A stretch of DNA of 64,000 bases, from the NCBI RefSeq assembly GCF_963506605.1, contig NC_083276.1, positions 84,630,001 through 84,694,000 of the forward strand. Direction: 5' to 3'. Numbering within the stretch: the first letter of the stretch is position 1; the number at the start of each line of letters is the position of its first letter. Source of the stretch: Zootoca vivipara. Its lineage: Eukaryota. The position numbers and the translations under genes are program-made. Positions 13,013 to 26,253 of this stretch are shown one piece after another. The notes beneath the pieces are model-generated. The model did no database searches. It was not told where the DNA came from and worked only from the letters and a program-made list of their open reading frames with translations.

Positions 13013-13490
13013 AATATAAATACAACACAAGGAGCTTTCAATGATCAAGTCAAAAGATTAAAAACAAATCATGAGTAAATGAACTGGTTGCAATTGTGAA
13101 ATTATAAAATGGTAAAATTATAAACAATGTATAAAAGCACAAGTTACCTCACACAACAAATGAAATGGGGGGTCTTGCCTGTTTGCAGACAAGCTGCAAA
13201 CACAACATTTTCCTTTTACAAAGGAGAGGAAAGCAAAATGTTTGGCACCAGCTTGGCTGCAGGAGTTGCCAGGAGGAGGTGTACAAGACACCATCCAACA
13301 GTCTTAGGGACTCTACTCCAGATTTGTGTAGGGTTTACTCTTTAGCCTTTCCTTCTCCAAGATATGTCCCACGAGGCAGCCTCATAAAGAGCCTAGTAAA
13401 GGTAATTGCCCTAATATGGATGCTCCATGGGTGGGTGGGTGATAATCTCCAGATTTGTATTACACCATAAATTTCTTGTTTTAGAAACAA

Positions 13491-13690
13491 AATAAAAAAA
13501 TTCCTTCCGGTAGCACCTTAGAGACCAACTAAGTTTGTCATTGGTATGAGCTTTTGTGTGCACACTTCTTCATGCACACGAAAGTTCATACCAATGACAA
13601 ACTTAGTTGGTCTCTAAGGTGCTACTGGAAGGAACTTTTTTTATTTTGTTTCGACTACGGCAGACCAACACGGCTACCGACCTGTAACTT
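13491..13690. mobile_element. Inverted pair of Penelope-like terminal repeats
   Basis: ~80-bp arms (tagcaccttagagaccaactaagtttgtcattggtatgagc and its reverse complement); same family as 1980-2082. Confidence 0.7.
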
Positions 13691-14429
13691 GTTTTAGAAA
13701 GTAAGGACTTGTGTGAAATGGTGTGGGGGGGAGGTGAGGTGGGTAGTTGGCTGTAAGCTCTGCCAACATTAGCACAACATGGAGGCAGCAGGTCAGCTGA
13801 GAAAATACCAGACAGAGCATAGATTGTTGTTATAAACTGGTGGGTGGTAGCGGTAGCACAACTGAGACATGATGTAGCAATTTAGAACAGGGAGGGTGGA
13901 TGGCAGAAGCCAGCTGCAGTGACTCAGCATTAGGGAAATATTGCTGCTATAGAAGCTTGTCAGCCAGGTCTCCACCAGGATCCTAAAGCCTGAGACTCAA
14001 GAGGTGCGTCCTGGTGATGTCACAGGGTTACGTAATCTTCAAAAACAACAAGAAGAATCTGATCATTGGCTTGGGCCTGGGTGTATGGCCTCAGAATGAA
14101 AGGGTGGAATTTAGCACTAAAGGAAGGAGCTAGAGATGTGACAGATCAGAAAAAGAGGGGGGGGGGTGGCGAATAAGGAAACACTTTGTTTTGCAATGGG
14201 GGAATGAAAGAGAGAGAATAGAAAACCTCTAATGAATGTTGAGTAAGAAACCTTTTATAACACTATCCCTCAATTCCATATGCTTCTCAGATAATCCTGT
14301 GCGCTGTTTGTAACTGGTGGTGCTAGATACACAAATCACATGAGTAATAGTTACCACAGGCAGGCATTTGCTAGCTAGTTAACACATAAAGAAGAAACCA
14401 CCCTGGCAGAAGGCCTTGGTGACACATCC

Positions 14430-14431
<2 letters not shown>

Positions 14432-14474
<43 letters not shown>
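14432..14474. repeat. (GT)n microsatellite
   Basis: Direct observation. Confidence 0.95.
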
Positions 14475-14478
<4 letters not shown>

Positions 14479-16104
14479 ACACTCACCCCCAATGCATGGA
14501 AGCCGCAAAAAGGAGTGCTTTCCTGGTGAATACCCAAAGAAATAAAAAATTACTGGATGCATGGGGAATTCCATGTTCTTACAGTAATCCAGAAAAATTG
14601 GTAAGGCTGTGTGTGCATCAAATCAATAGGACAGTGTCAGGGTAGAGGTTTAAATAATCATCCTGACCTGTTTTTTTTTAATTGCTTATGCTTAATGCTT
14701 AGCAATGCTAAATTGGATTATATTTAAAAAACTAGCATATGCAAATAGGTTGTTGTCTTTCTCTCTGTGTGTGAGAATAGTGGTCAATGTTGAGAGACTG
14801 TGACTGTGTCATTACCTGGCAAGTCTGCATATGTTTTTTTGCAAAGGGTAGAAACTTGCTTATTTTAAAACCAATGAAATGGGAGGGGGGGGATGACAGG
14901 GTGTCCTAAGGTGCTATGGGGGGGGACCAGAGTCTGCTCTTGCTGCCATGTTCCGAACTTTGTGGTGAGATCCTAACAGTTTATATATTTATAAAAGCAG
15001 CGCCCCATCACAGGACCTATGCAGTGGGATATTAATCTGTGTGGGTGTCCTGCTTCTAAGAACTGCCTCCAGGTTGCTCGCCCTACTAGCATACACCTTT
15101 TCCAGGTGCCATTATCTTCACTCAAGGGTATGATGCAGAGCAGGTGTTAACCACAACTCGTTCAACAGCTTGATCTTTTGCTGACATGATGCACCATCCA
15201 TCACGTATGTATCTGGTGGGGCAGCCTTTCTCAGTGTCTCCAGGCAATGATGGAAAGGTGATTGGCATCTCTACATGTGCAAAACACCTGCCTTGCTACT
15301 GAATCTTTGTAACCTGCTCCCATGCATCTGGACTAGAGGCTGTGGCTTTCAGCTAGGCTTGAACATCTCCCTTCCTCACTAAGAACACTGAATAGTAAGT
15401 GAGCTGTAGGGTAGAAGGCTGCCCTTTGTTCTTAAGACAGGATTTTGGTCCCTTCTAGCTCTTTGTAACTTTACAAGCCAGTAATATGGTGGCGGGGGAA
15501 GAGGACGAACCCTAGAGATGGTCCATCTATCAGGCAACCACGGCTGTTTGAAGCTCCTCCACTCTTTGCTGGTTTGACTGGTTTTCCTCACCAACACACT
15601 TTCAATTAGGCTGCACCCAGAAAAACCAAATTCTGACATCAGAATAAATTATTTGGCGCTGGTAGGATGCCTCAAAGTGGTCACTTGACATCATAATGAC
15701 TGGCTCAATTACTTATTGAATTTGTACCCTGCCCTTCATTCCCAAGGAGCCCAGGGCTCAAAGCTGGTCTGTGGGCGAAGTAAGGATCCATTCTACAAGC
15801 TAGATCTAATTCCCCAAGCCTGAATTATGCAAATGAAGTGCATGTAGTAAAATCATTAATGTTTTCATGATACATTGCTTTCTTAAGACTTTTTTTTTAA
15901 AAAAATTATGTAATACATAAACGGTTTTAAATAAAATAAGTGCACACCTCTGAGCTTGGCAGTTCAGGCAGAGCCAGGCGGTTCCTGGGCTGGGGTACCC
16001 TGCTCGCCCCCCTCTCAGGGGAATAATGCCACTGTGGAGACCAACAGCCAGGCTGTGACCTTTATTGGACACGGGAGCATTCTTCTCTTGCATGTCGGTG
16101 GGGC

Positions 16105-16646
16105 TCAGAGGACAGTGCACATGATGGATTCCCTCTCCCTGTGGGAAGGGATAATGTCGGGGAAGACATACCGCATGTCATTGAGGACCGAGTCATTCTC
16201 TTCAGGGGCCGCCGGCAAGGCGAGCTGCTGCTTCTCCGGTTCTTCAGTGCAGCCTCTGCCCTTTGGGCCTTCTGCTGGCTTGTCTTCCTTTGTGCTGTCT
16301 CCTGCACCCGGGCTCCTGGCTCTAATGGGAAAGGGAGCACCCGCCACTTCCTCGCTGAGCCCTGGCGTCCTTTTGTGTGCCCGCCAAGTGCCGCCTCGCC
16401 TCTTCCTGGAGCTGTCTCGGGCGGCGCCTGCCAGGTGCTGCTGCCCCAAGGTCTCCATCTCAGACAGGCTGTAGGCCAGGGTGGCCCGATGCAGCTCCTT
16501 GTCTTCGTCGTCAGGGTGGGCGCAAGAGAACCCTGCGCTCTGTGGGCGTGGCGGAGTCGGGATGTCCGTAGCAGACGAGCGCAGGATCTCGCGTTGCTCT
16601 GGCTGGATGAGCTCCACCGTGGCCTTCATGTCATTGTTGGTGAGGT
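16105..16646 (-). CDS. copy 2, terminal exon (UIM-like region and CaaX)
   Basis: Part of ORF 16105..16698 after the ctcctccag acceptor; [19 protein letters not shown]; ends CTVL-stop. Confidence 0.88.
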
Positions 16647-19600
16647 CTGGAGGAGGAGAACAGAGCAAGGGGTGGGGAAGCAGCTCCTTCAGCATCACTC
16701 ACTCTGTGGGCCCAGCATCCCTGAGGCTCAAAGGGGCTTTGCGTTCTGCCCCAGCATGCAGCAGTGTCATTTGGATAGGAAGGAGAGACAATGGGAGCAG
16801 GGGCAGGACACCTGAGAGAGCAACATAGAATGAATGGGAAGCCCCTTCAGCAGCCCTGAATCAAGGAGGACCCACTGCCAATGTGAAAAGAATATCCTGT
16901 CCTCATTGGATTTCTCTGCTTATTTTAATGTGGGAGAAACATGGACCAATTCAAGCCTGGGCCCAAATAGTCTTAATCCTTGCACAGCTGCTAATGGGCG
17001 ATGAGGTACAATGGATGCCTTTATTACTCCAGGGACTGCTCAGCCTAGAGTGAGCCATAGTGCTGCTGTTCCTCCTCCTCCTCCTCCTCCTCCTCAACGT
17101 AGGCTCAGTGTCACCCATTGGCTCTGACAGTCACAGTAAGCACCAGTCACCACTGAGTGAGATGCAGGCCAAGACCCCCATCTTCCCTTCTAGATGTGTG
17201 TCGAACTCTAGTGCCCTCCGAGTTTGATTTCTTACCACACACTTCTTCCACTTTGAGCTCCCCGTCCGCGTCAATCTCCATTCTCTCCTGCCCATTCTCA
17301 AGGATCCTGCAAAAGAGGCCTGACAGTTTATCCAGCACTTGCCACATTGCATTCTGGTCAAGCGTGCGCTGCCGCCACGCCACACCCCACACCCCACACC
17401 CCAACAGCCACACAACAGAGGCATTCTCAGTGACTTCTTTCCTAAACTCCCTCCTGCTAGAAGCTCAGCACAATCCAAACCTGAGCATTGCTCAGAAGCA
17501 CTGTAAGACTTAGGACAAAGTTAACACAGAGTGTATATTTTTATCGTCAACTCTGTGAGAATGTTTTGCTTCATTTTTTTCCTGCCTTAACAGTTTTTAA
17601 TAACATAAGCACAGCATGGGGGCTAGTTATATATCTAAACAAATAAACTGATTGATTGGAAAACTACTGGTAGCAAGCAGGAAACAATTGACAAGATCTA
17701 CTCCACAGGGGTAGGAGTTATTACCGGTAGTTTCCGGTATTGTTATCATCAGTGATATGAATGCAAGAGTGAGAAGAGCAATCGTCAGATGTGCAGGGGA
17801 TGGAGTAGAATTGCAAGGAATCCAAAGGACAAGCTACACATTCAAAATTATCTTAATAAAAACGAGAATTGGTCAAGAGGAACAAAATGAAATTAAGCAA
17901 GGGCAAATCTGAAACGTTACAGCAAGGATAATTCTTTATTTGCAGTACTGTGTCGAGGCTTGGACACTAAAGGTTTTTAAACCCACACCAGTTCATAAAT
18001 GAACTGTAAGAAGATAAAAGGTTAAACCAGGCATCCCCAAACTGCGGCCCTCCAGATGTTTTTGCCTAGAACTCCCATGATCCCTAGCTAACAGGACCAG
18101 TGGTCGGGGAAGATGGGAATTGTAGTCCAAAACATCTGGAGGGCCGAAGTTTGGGGGTGCCTGGGTTAAACAATCTGAGCAAAGGATCAGCCTACAGATT
18201 AAGGAAGGACAATATACTGGTCGTTTTTAATAGTATTAAAAAAATCTCAGAAGGTGATCAGGTAGGTGGACAGGGCAAAAATACGTAATCGAAGGAAAGC
18301 AGTTTTAGGTTAAACATAAGGAAGAATTTCCCATTTGTAAGAGCATTTCATCACACATGAAATGCTTTTGAAGGGCTCTTCTATTGCATTATTTGCACAA
18401 CACATGAATTTGGGTTAATGAAGGACAGGTAATAGAAAAGGAACATACATTCTAAGTTGAAACAAAATGCCAAATGATGGTTTGGCAAAGTCCTGAACTC
18501 ACAAACTCCCTCTTCCCCCTTCGCTCTCCATTCTCCTTTTGCATAATTTGCTTTAGTGAGTTGTTTCTGTTCTTGCAAAAAATGATAGTTTGCCATTACA
18601 TCTGATTGGGGGGCAGGCTAACTTGCGTGTGCCTGGCCCCTCCTTGTCACCTCACCTCCTGGTGGTTATCCGTTTGCCGTTGATGTACTTAGTAGATGTG
18701 GAGACAGAGCAGAAGCCTATTCCTAATTCAGCACCAGGCCCAAACGTAGTGAAGAAATCTAGGAGGGGAAAGTGACAACATCACTGCTAAGGGGGGTGGA
18801 GGCAGCTAGCGCAGGCCTCAATAATCCCAGCCAAACGGCAGACGCCTTCCCATACTGCGAGTGTCAGTGGGCTAATGAAGGGAGGCACCAACACTTAACA
18901 GGAGAATTGTTCCTTGGACATTTAAAAGCAGGGGTGAATTGAGTCCTTGTGAGATGAAAGAGCCAGAATGAGGTAGAGAAGCAGATATGGAAGAGGGAAA
19001 GTGTATTGGAGAAGCACAGAGGCAAGGCCTGCAATGAGCATGTGCAGCAGATCGCCCACTGAGCTGCTCAAGGCTGCAAGGTGATGAATCCTTGCCTTAC
19101 CTGTCTGGAATGGAGAGCTGTAGGAGCAATAGGAGTAGGTGGTGCAGCCTGGCGCAACCCACTGGGGTATTCCTCCTTGAAGAGCTGTATATGGGGACAA
19201 CTCCTCTGGAAAGGAAGGAGGAGGCTGATAAGTGAGAGACTTTCCAGTTAGACATTATAACCCAGATAATACAAGGACATGTTCAGTTTGGTTGCTTGGT
19301 GCAATGAGCCTAAGCAGATCAGGTAATATAATGCAATACAAATCCATGATCATACCATACCCCAAGACACAGAGAGGATGTCTTATGTGACATGCACCCC
19401 TCCAGCAAGGGCGAGGACAGAGCAGAAAGATTGCAGCCAAGATAGACCTGGAAGTTGGAACCTTCCCCCTGTCCTCGTCTCCGACAAAGCACAAAAAAGA
19501 AAAGCCCTGTGGATCATGGTAGCGGATATAATCCACTGCTGTGGTGGCTGATTCATTAGGGTGAACAGAACACTGCTCTGAGCTCAGGCTCAGACTGGGA

Positions 19601-22600
19601 GGACTAGCTCACACAATCCTCTCTCTCTCTCAAAAGTCCACTCCTGTTCCTCTCCAAATGGCTCTGTTTCAGCAGCCTGGTGACACAACACACACTTATC
19701 TGGGCACAAGACCCTCTGAAGACAGTGCGACTGCTACCGGTATCTGAGCAAACATGCACAGGGTTGAACAGTTGCAGAGGGGAGGAAACATTTTAGTTGT
19801 TTCCACTGTTGAAAAAGAATGCGAATAAGAAAAATGTGAGCGAGGCCGTTGTCTTGTAACCTTGGTCCTGCAAGCTATAATAACGTCTAGCTCCGTTGTC
19901 TCTGAGAAAGGTACTGTGTCTTGAGAATAGGGTGTTTGTGCCTTTATTTTTTTTAGCAGAAGAAGCAAGTTATAGACATTTTTAAGCAGGGTCGTGAAAC
20001 TTTTGCAGCCCAAGGACCACATTCCCTCACAGGCAGACTTCTAGCAGCTGCATGCTGCTGGTGGGTGGGGCCAGGTGCAAAGTGGGTGGGGCCACAAATG
20101 CGGCTCTCACCTTTGTCTAGTAAGCAGCAGCCCAGCCATGCAAAACTCAGCAGCTTCTGCATTTCCTCCTTTCCACATTTCTCTATCACAGCAAGCCACC
20201 GCTACTATCAAGGTTCAAAGACACTTTCACACCAGAAGAAAGAACTCAAGGAGGATGGTGCAAAGTAGGGTCGGTAAGGGATGCAGCCTGGGGACATTGA
20301 GTTTAGTCTCTGGCATCTCCAGGTTAAATGAAGAGAAGTCTCATGTGCAAAGGCTGATGAAGACCCCTCTGCTTGAGGCCTGAGCTGCTGCCCACCAGAG
20401 GAGACAGCTGTGAGCCAGAGGCACCATTATAAGGCAGCTTTATGTTGCCTACCCCTTGTTCCCCTCATGCCAGCACATACCACAGAATTCGTTGAAGGGA
20501 TCTTGTCCTTCGAAAAACTCTCTGAAGACCTCATCTGCATCACGGAAGGTGAACATGAAGTCCGGAGTCTCAGTGGCGCTCGGAAAAACCCCAGCACCTT
20601 CAAGAAAACAAACCAGATACCTGTCACCATCACTTCTCAGCACACCATGGATGTCTTTCAGGGAGTGAAGGAAGACGGGGAAAGGGATGATATGCTGAGG
20701 ACAGCTGAATCTAGGCATGATCTCTTGGCCCAAAGCAAGACGCAGAGCCAGAAAGGAAGAATCACAGAGCAGGAAGCAGCCCAAACCGTAAAAGAAAACA
20801 ATTCAGTTCATTATTCCCTCTTGATGCATGCGCCCCTTTGCAAACAGCGGTCAAGCAAGAGGACAGCTCCCAAAATAAAAAAAACAGAGAAAAAGATAGA
20901 GGGATAGGGGCGGGGCGGGGGGGAGGACACAGTGAAGGACACATGCATCAATGTGTTTTGAGCCACCCAGATTTTCATCAGGTTTCCCCCCTCCCTCCCT
21001 GTGAGATTCCCTCCCTGTGAGATTTCCAGTAGGGAAGAACATTTCCAGGTGCAAGCTTGGGACAGCCTGCACAGGGTAGGATCCTGTCCTGCGGTGCTAA
21101 ACAAACTCATATGCTTTCAGGGCCCTGATGTTGGGAAAGATTGAGGGCACTAGGAGAAGGGGACGACAGAGGACGAGATGGTTGGACAGTGTTCTCGAAG
21201 CTACGAACATGAGTTTGACCAAATTGCGGGAGGCAGTGGAAGACAGGAGTGCCTGGCGTGCTATGGTCCATGGGGTCACGAAGAGTCGGACACGACTAAA
21301 CGACTAAACAACAACAATGCTTTCAGGGTAGCAGGGGGGAGCACCAGTTGGTGAGAGTACCAGGAAGTGCTTGTGGTGAGGACTGAGCCCAGAACAGAAG
21401 TGCATGTGGATAATATGTCCTGTATGTCTACACACCAACCTCCACTTACCTGTGCTTAGTCCCATCAGCCCCTCGAGTCCGTAGAGGTCATAAAGGTCCC
21501 GCTTATAACCTGCCAGAAATAGGAACAAGAGGAGGCCAGTCCCACCTTGAAGCCCATTCAATTTTTGCTACAATCCTGTGCATATGCTTTAGCTACAAGA
21601 CTCCTGAGACAGCAGCGGAGCAAGGTGGGAGCGGTGGCGGTAGGCCACCCCAGGTGCCACCACTAAGGGGGGTGACAAAATGCCAGGTGGCACTCACTGT
21701 GGGGTCTGCAGCATGCCCGAGCCACACGTTTCTCCCCAAACAGTCCGCCTGCCACCTCCCCCTCAGCTGTAGGGCGGCTGAGTGGGAGGAGGCGGGCAGA
21801 CCCCTTGGAGGCCCTGCGGAGCGTCCTGACCCAGCTGGCCCTGGCCCCGTGTGTGGCTGGCCCCGCTCCCAGATGCAGGGCACGCACGCTGCTCCAGGCA
21901 CCCAATTGGCTTGCTCTGCCGCTGCCCTGAGACACCACAAGCTCTCCCTCCAACGCTAAGCACTGTGGCCCCAAACAGCAGCAAAGTACTGAGTAGCAGA
22001 AAATATAGTTGCTAAAAGTACCCCTGGTTCTTCCTTTTCAGGAGATGGATGGAAGGCAGACTGGCAGGCCTAGCAGTGAACCAAAGGGGATGCCAGGTGC
22101 CTGGAGAAGGGGTTGCACAGGAAACTCATGCTGGGTGGACTGTGATTGGGCTGAGCTCTCACTTCTGTGGCCTGCAGGGAGTGAGAACTGGGAACCAGCA
22201 GCAGCTCAGGAAGAGGCATGTGTGCATTATAGGGAAGGTCTCTGAAAGACCACAACAAGGCATATAGGAGCACATAGGGAACAGCTCCGAGATGGGAGAT
22301 CCCCTGGGATGGGGAATGGCGAAAATGGTCCAATGTCTTACTGTCTGATAGCACTTCATATGCTTCTGCTATCTCCTTGAATTTCTTCTCCGCTTGTTCC
22401 TTATTCCCTGGGTTTTTGTCTGGGTGCCATTTCAGTGCATTCTTCCTGTACCTACAGCAGTCCAAAAGGAGAGACTTAACTGTAGGATTACCATTAAGAG
22501 AAACCGTCACTTCTCAATATTATGTCAAGAGGAGAGGTGTCATTTCTTCCCCAATACCAGCAGTACATGCCATGGTGCATTCCTAAACTACACAATCTGT

Positions 22601-25600
22601 TGGTTTCTAGAAGTCTTCACATTAGAAGAAGCAATTATGGCTAGGAAAGGCGGAATTGATATTGGGGGGGGGGCGGATTTCCAAGAAAGCTCAACAAAAT
22701 TTGGGGTGTCCTGGTTTTTACTTTTTGAAATACTGTATGGCAACCCTAATATTGGCAATTATGTAATTTCTGCATTCCCCAGATATTACAGAAAGGACCA
22801 CCACGTAGCCAGCGTGTACAACCAATTTGTAGGAATACCTTTGTAACCTCAAGGATAGGCTACTATGATGCACTCTGTTTGGGTTGCATTCAGTTACTAT
22901 CTGGTGGGTTCAGCTAGTAGACAGTGTGGGATCCTGCTTCCATGCTGGGGTATGCCTCAAAAGATGGATGACACCTGTCATGTAGCATCTGCATTGGCTC
23001 TCTGTCCTGTTGCATTCCAGGCACAATGCAAGGTGCTAAATCTGATCTCTTAAGCCCCTTTGGCCGTTATGATTACTGAGTGCCTTCTTGAATACATTGT
23101 CCATGCACCAAATTCAAACAGCAAGGGCATGTGCTGTAGATACCGTGTTTCCCCTTTTTTAAGACACCGTCTTATAACTTTTTTTCCTCAAAAAAACACA
23201 AGGTGTCTTATTTTCAGGGGATGTCTTAATTTTTTATTACCATTTTTATTATGGACCCACCCTGGGGAGCAACTTCCTTTAAAAAGAGACAAGGAAAAAA
23301 GAGCAAAGGCAGCGGTGAGGGAGACACTTTGTGCATGCTCAGAGACCACCCCATCCCCAGCTATAAACCCACCCCGGTTTTCCAAGACGCCTTTTCCCCG
23401 GCACTGGACTGGCGGGGGGATGTGAAGGGGGTGTCTCTCTGTGCATGCTCAGAGGCAGCCTCGTCCCGGGCGCCGCTATGGGAGTGGAGGGCACTCACCT
23501 AACCATGACCCAGATCCCGGCCACGACGAGGCGCCGTGTGCCGGCAGCGGACTGAGCCGGAGCCCCTGGTGCAGGCCAGCGTTGAGCTCACTACCGGCCC
23601 CGCCGAGCACAGCCACGGGCCCATCGCCCAGCCCGCCCGCCTGCCTGCCTCCCGCTTCCCTGCCCACAAAATTCCGGCGGCGGGCCATGCAGCCCATGCC
23701 GCTCCAGCAGAGCGGAAGGGGCCAGCAGCGCTTCCGCCGCCGTCCGCACCCCGGCGCCACAGAAGGACCCGCGAGCCTCCCGCCACCGCTCTGCCTTGGG
23801 CCATGCGGCCCACAACATTCCGGCGGCGCGGATGGGGCCAGCAGGGCTCCCGCCGCCGCCCGTCACCCTGGCAGGGCCAGCGGGGCTCCTGCCGCCGCTC
23901 TGCCTTGGGCCATGCGGCCCACAACGTTCTGGCGGCGCGGATGGGGCCAGCAGGGCTCCCGCCGCCGCCCGTCACTCTGGCAGGGCTAGCGGGGCTCCCG
24001 CCGCCGCTCTGCCTCGGGCCATGCGGCCCACAACGTTCCGGTGGTGCAGAAGGTCCAACGGGCCTCCGGCCGCCGCTCTGCCTCGCCGCTCTGGCTGGGC
24101 ACTCCGCCCGGTGCTGCTGGACGTTCCGAGCGCTCGGCGCTGCGGAGCGCTCCACTCTGCAGCCGCCTGTTCCGGCGGCGGGGCGGCAGGCCTCCTCGGC
24201 CGGGCCAGGAAGAGGCCAGGCCGCTGGCTGGGCGCTCCACCCGGCGCTGCTGGGCGCTCTGAGCGCTCGGCGCTGCAGAGCGCTCCACTCTGCAGCCGCC
24301 TGTTTCGGCAGGTGGCTCGCCGCTGCAGCAGCTGGTTCCAGGCCCCGCTGGCTGGCTGGGGCGCTTGGCGGTCTCGCTGTATATGGTATGAGAGGTATGT
24401 CTTATTTTCGGGGGGTGTCTTAGATATAGCAACTCCTAAAAAATGCTGCCATGGCTTACTTTATGGCTACGTATTAAAAAAGGGGAAACACGGTAGGTGA
24501 GTTTGGTGGCTGACCTATAATTGCAGAACTCCTTTGTCCTAGAGTCCTTTGTCCAATCAAAGTCTGGGCCTGTAAGCTCTCCAGAATGGTTGCAGAACAT
24601 TTTTTCTTTGGCCTGGCATTCTGTGGCCAGGGTTAATCAAGCATGGTGTGATTTTGTTTGTTTGTTTGTTTTCTATATGAGTACTATTTCATCTTCTTTT
24701 TGTTTGTGTGTGTCATATTATTCTGTGCACTTGTAATTATGTCCTTTTTATTTTTCAATCTCTCTCTATATAAATGTTCCCACTTCGTGCGTGGAGGTCA
24801 CACCCTTGCTCTGTAACCGCTGAACCAAATTGCATCAAATTAGGGTAAAGCGTACCTTGCCCATCAGGGAGGGATCTGGCATAATTTCCCCCTCAAAAAA
24901 ACCACACCTTTCACACCTAAAATAATGATTAAACACAAAAAAGGTGGCGCCCAAATTAGACATCACCAGCAGAAGGTCTGAAGACTCCAGCAGCATCCAA
25001 TAGAAAGACAGAACGCACGCTGCTGCCTCCAAAGCCGTGCCACCAGATGACATCACAAAATTCCACAGCAACCAACTGAAAACAGGCCTTTTGCAGCAAC
25101 AAGGCCCAACTTTGCCCAGCAGACTGAATAGGCCGCAGCAGACTAGGCCGCTTTCCAGACTAGGCCAAGTGGAGGTAGGGGCCTGCCGGGGGGGATGGGG
25201 GGGCTGAATAGGGGGCATCGTATGGTTGCTTTGAAGTGCAATACTGTAATCTACCTGGAATCCTTGGGGAAAGGTAGGATAGAAATTGAATGCACCAAAC
25301 AACTTAAATAAAGGGCAGATTGCACAGATATTCCTAAAGGGGTAGGGGTGAATTAGATGTGCCCAACACAAAAGCCCCTGGACCTATTTACCTGCAATAT
25401 GGCAGTTTATCTACTCTGGAAAGGCTGCTATGTATCCACTTCTGTCAAAGGTGAAAAAAGTCAGTCGTTTTTTTAAAAATCCCAATAGCGAATAAAGGTG
25501 AGGAGAAGGAAGCAGGGTAAGATAGACCTCCCCAAGCTAAACTGGGCAGGCTCCAAACTGATCTGAGCCAAACTGGGCTATTTTATGAAGTGCCAAATTC

Positions 25601-25710
25601 GGGTCCATGTAACATCTTGTGGTTGGTGCACAATGTGCTACTTACGCCTTCTTAATGTCATCTGAGGAGGCAGTTTGAGGGATGTCCAGTGTTTGGTAGT
25701 AATCAACCAT
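16105..25710 (-). CDS. DNAJB2-like paralog (copy 2), 8 coding exons, 390 aa, ends in CaaX (CTVL)
   Basis: Exons 25710-25646 (65), 22451-22342 (110), 21509-21450 (60), 20597-20481 (117), 19205-19101 (105), 18758-18656 (103), 17306-17236 (71) and 16646-16105 (542) total 1173 nt in an open frame. Motifs: [54 protein letters not shown]. Confidence 0.9.
17236..17306 (-). CDS. copy 2, CTD exon
   Basis: [24 protein letters not shown], 71 nt. Confidence 0.9.
18028..18163. mobile_element. 136-bp hAT-type MITE
   Basis: caggcatccccaaact TIR, 8-bp TSD ggttaaac. Confidence 0.85.
18656..18758 (-). CDS. copy 2, S/T-CTD exon
   Basis: [34 protein letters not shown], 103 nt. Confidence 0.88.
19101..19205 (-). 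CDS. copy 2, coding exon 5
   Basis: [35 protein letters not shown], 105 nt, strong acceptor and gtaagg donor. Confidence 0.8.
20481..20597 (-). CDS. copy 2, G/F exon
   Basis: [39 protein letters not shown], 117 nt, gtatgt donor. Confidence 0.88.
21123..21316 (+). mobile_element. Bov-B/RTE LINE 3' fragment
   Basis: ggggtcacgaagagtcggacacgact and (caa)n tail; TSD atgctttcaggg. Confidence 0.88.
21450..21509 (-). CDS. copy 2, coding exon 3
   Basis: [20 protein letters not shown], 60 nt, GT-AG. Confidence 0.88.
22342..22451 (-). CDS. copy 2, HPD exon
   Basis: [36 protein letters not shown], 110 nt, GT-AG. Confidence 0.92.
23143..24493. mobile_element. 1351-bp GC-rich non-autonomous Tc1/mariner-pogo element, copy A
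   Basis: TIR ccgtgtttcccctttttt and aaaaaaggggaaacacgg, TA TSD, internal imperfect tandem repeats, no transposase. Confidence 0.85.
25646..25710 (-). CDS. copy 2, first coding exon
   Basis: [22 protein letters not shown], gtaagt donor; acceptor tttacag with exon start at 25738. Confidence 0.9.
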
Positions 25711-26011
25711 GATGCAGCTTGTTTAGTGCAGAGGCCAGCTGTAAATCAGGGGAGAACATGGTAGGACATTGATCATCCTCCAGTCAGGCTTCCACACTCA
25801 CCCACTCCAGCTCTCAGAAGCACTCAGCTGATGCCAGATGCAAAACACCTTCTGCTGAAAAAATACCTAATACAAGATGTCTGTTCAAAACACAGTTTAG
25901 CTTTATGTGCAGCCACCACCATCCCATATCCCATATCCTCATAAATTGCAGGTGGCATGTGCTTTCACCTCAGGAGGACATTGCTGACCAACTCCCTTGT
26001 TCTACACTATA

Positions 26012-26253
26012 CAGTGGTACCTCAGGTTACAGACACTTCGGGTTACAAACACTTCAGGTTACAGACTTCACTGACCCGGAGGTAGTACCTCGGGTTAAGA
26101 ACATCACCTCAGGATGAGAACAGAAATCGTGTGGTAGCGACGTGGCAGCAGCAGGAGGCCCCATTAGCTAAAGTGGTACCTCAGGTTAAGAACGGTTTCA
26201 GGTTAAGAACGGACCTTCAGAACAAATTAAGTTCGTAACCAGAGGTACCACTG
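26012..26253. mobile_element. Tigger/mariner-type MITE
   Basis: cagtggtacctc TIRs, TA TSD; truncated relative at ~27850-28027. Confidence 0.8.

Noticed and set aside
15956-16828. Plus-strand ORFs of 172 and 224 aa
   Set aside because: Antisense shadows of the GC-rich copy 2 terminal exon
23188-24500. Many overlapping 150-295 aa ORFs (and their duplicates at 29069-30390)
   Set aside because: By-product of very high GC in a non-autonomous transposon; open in nearly all frames, no transposase motifs
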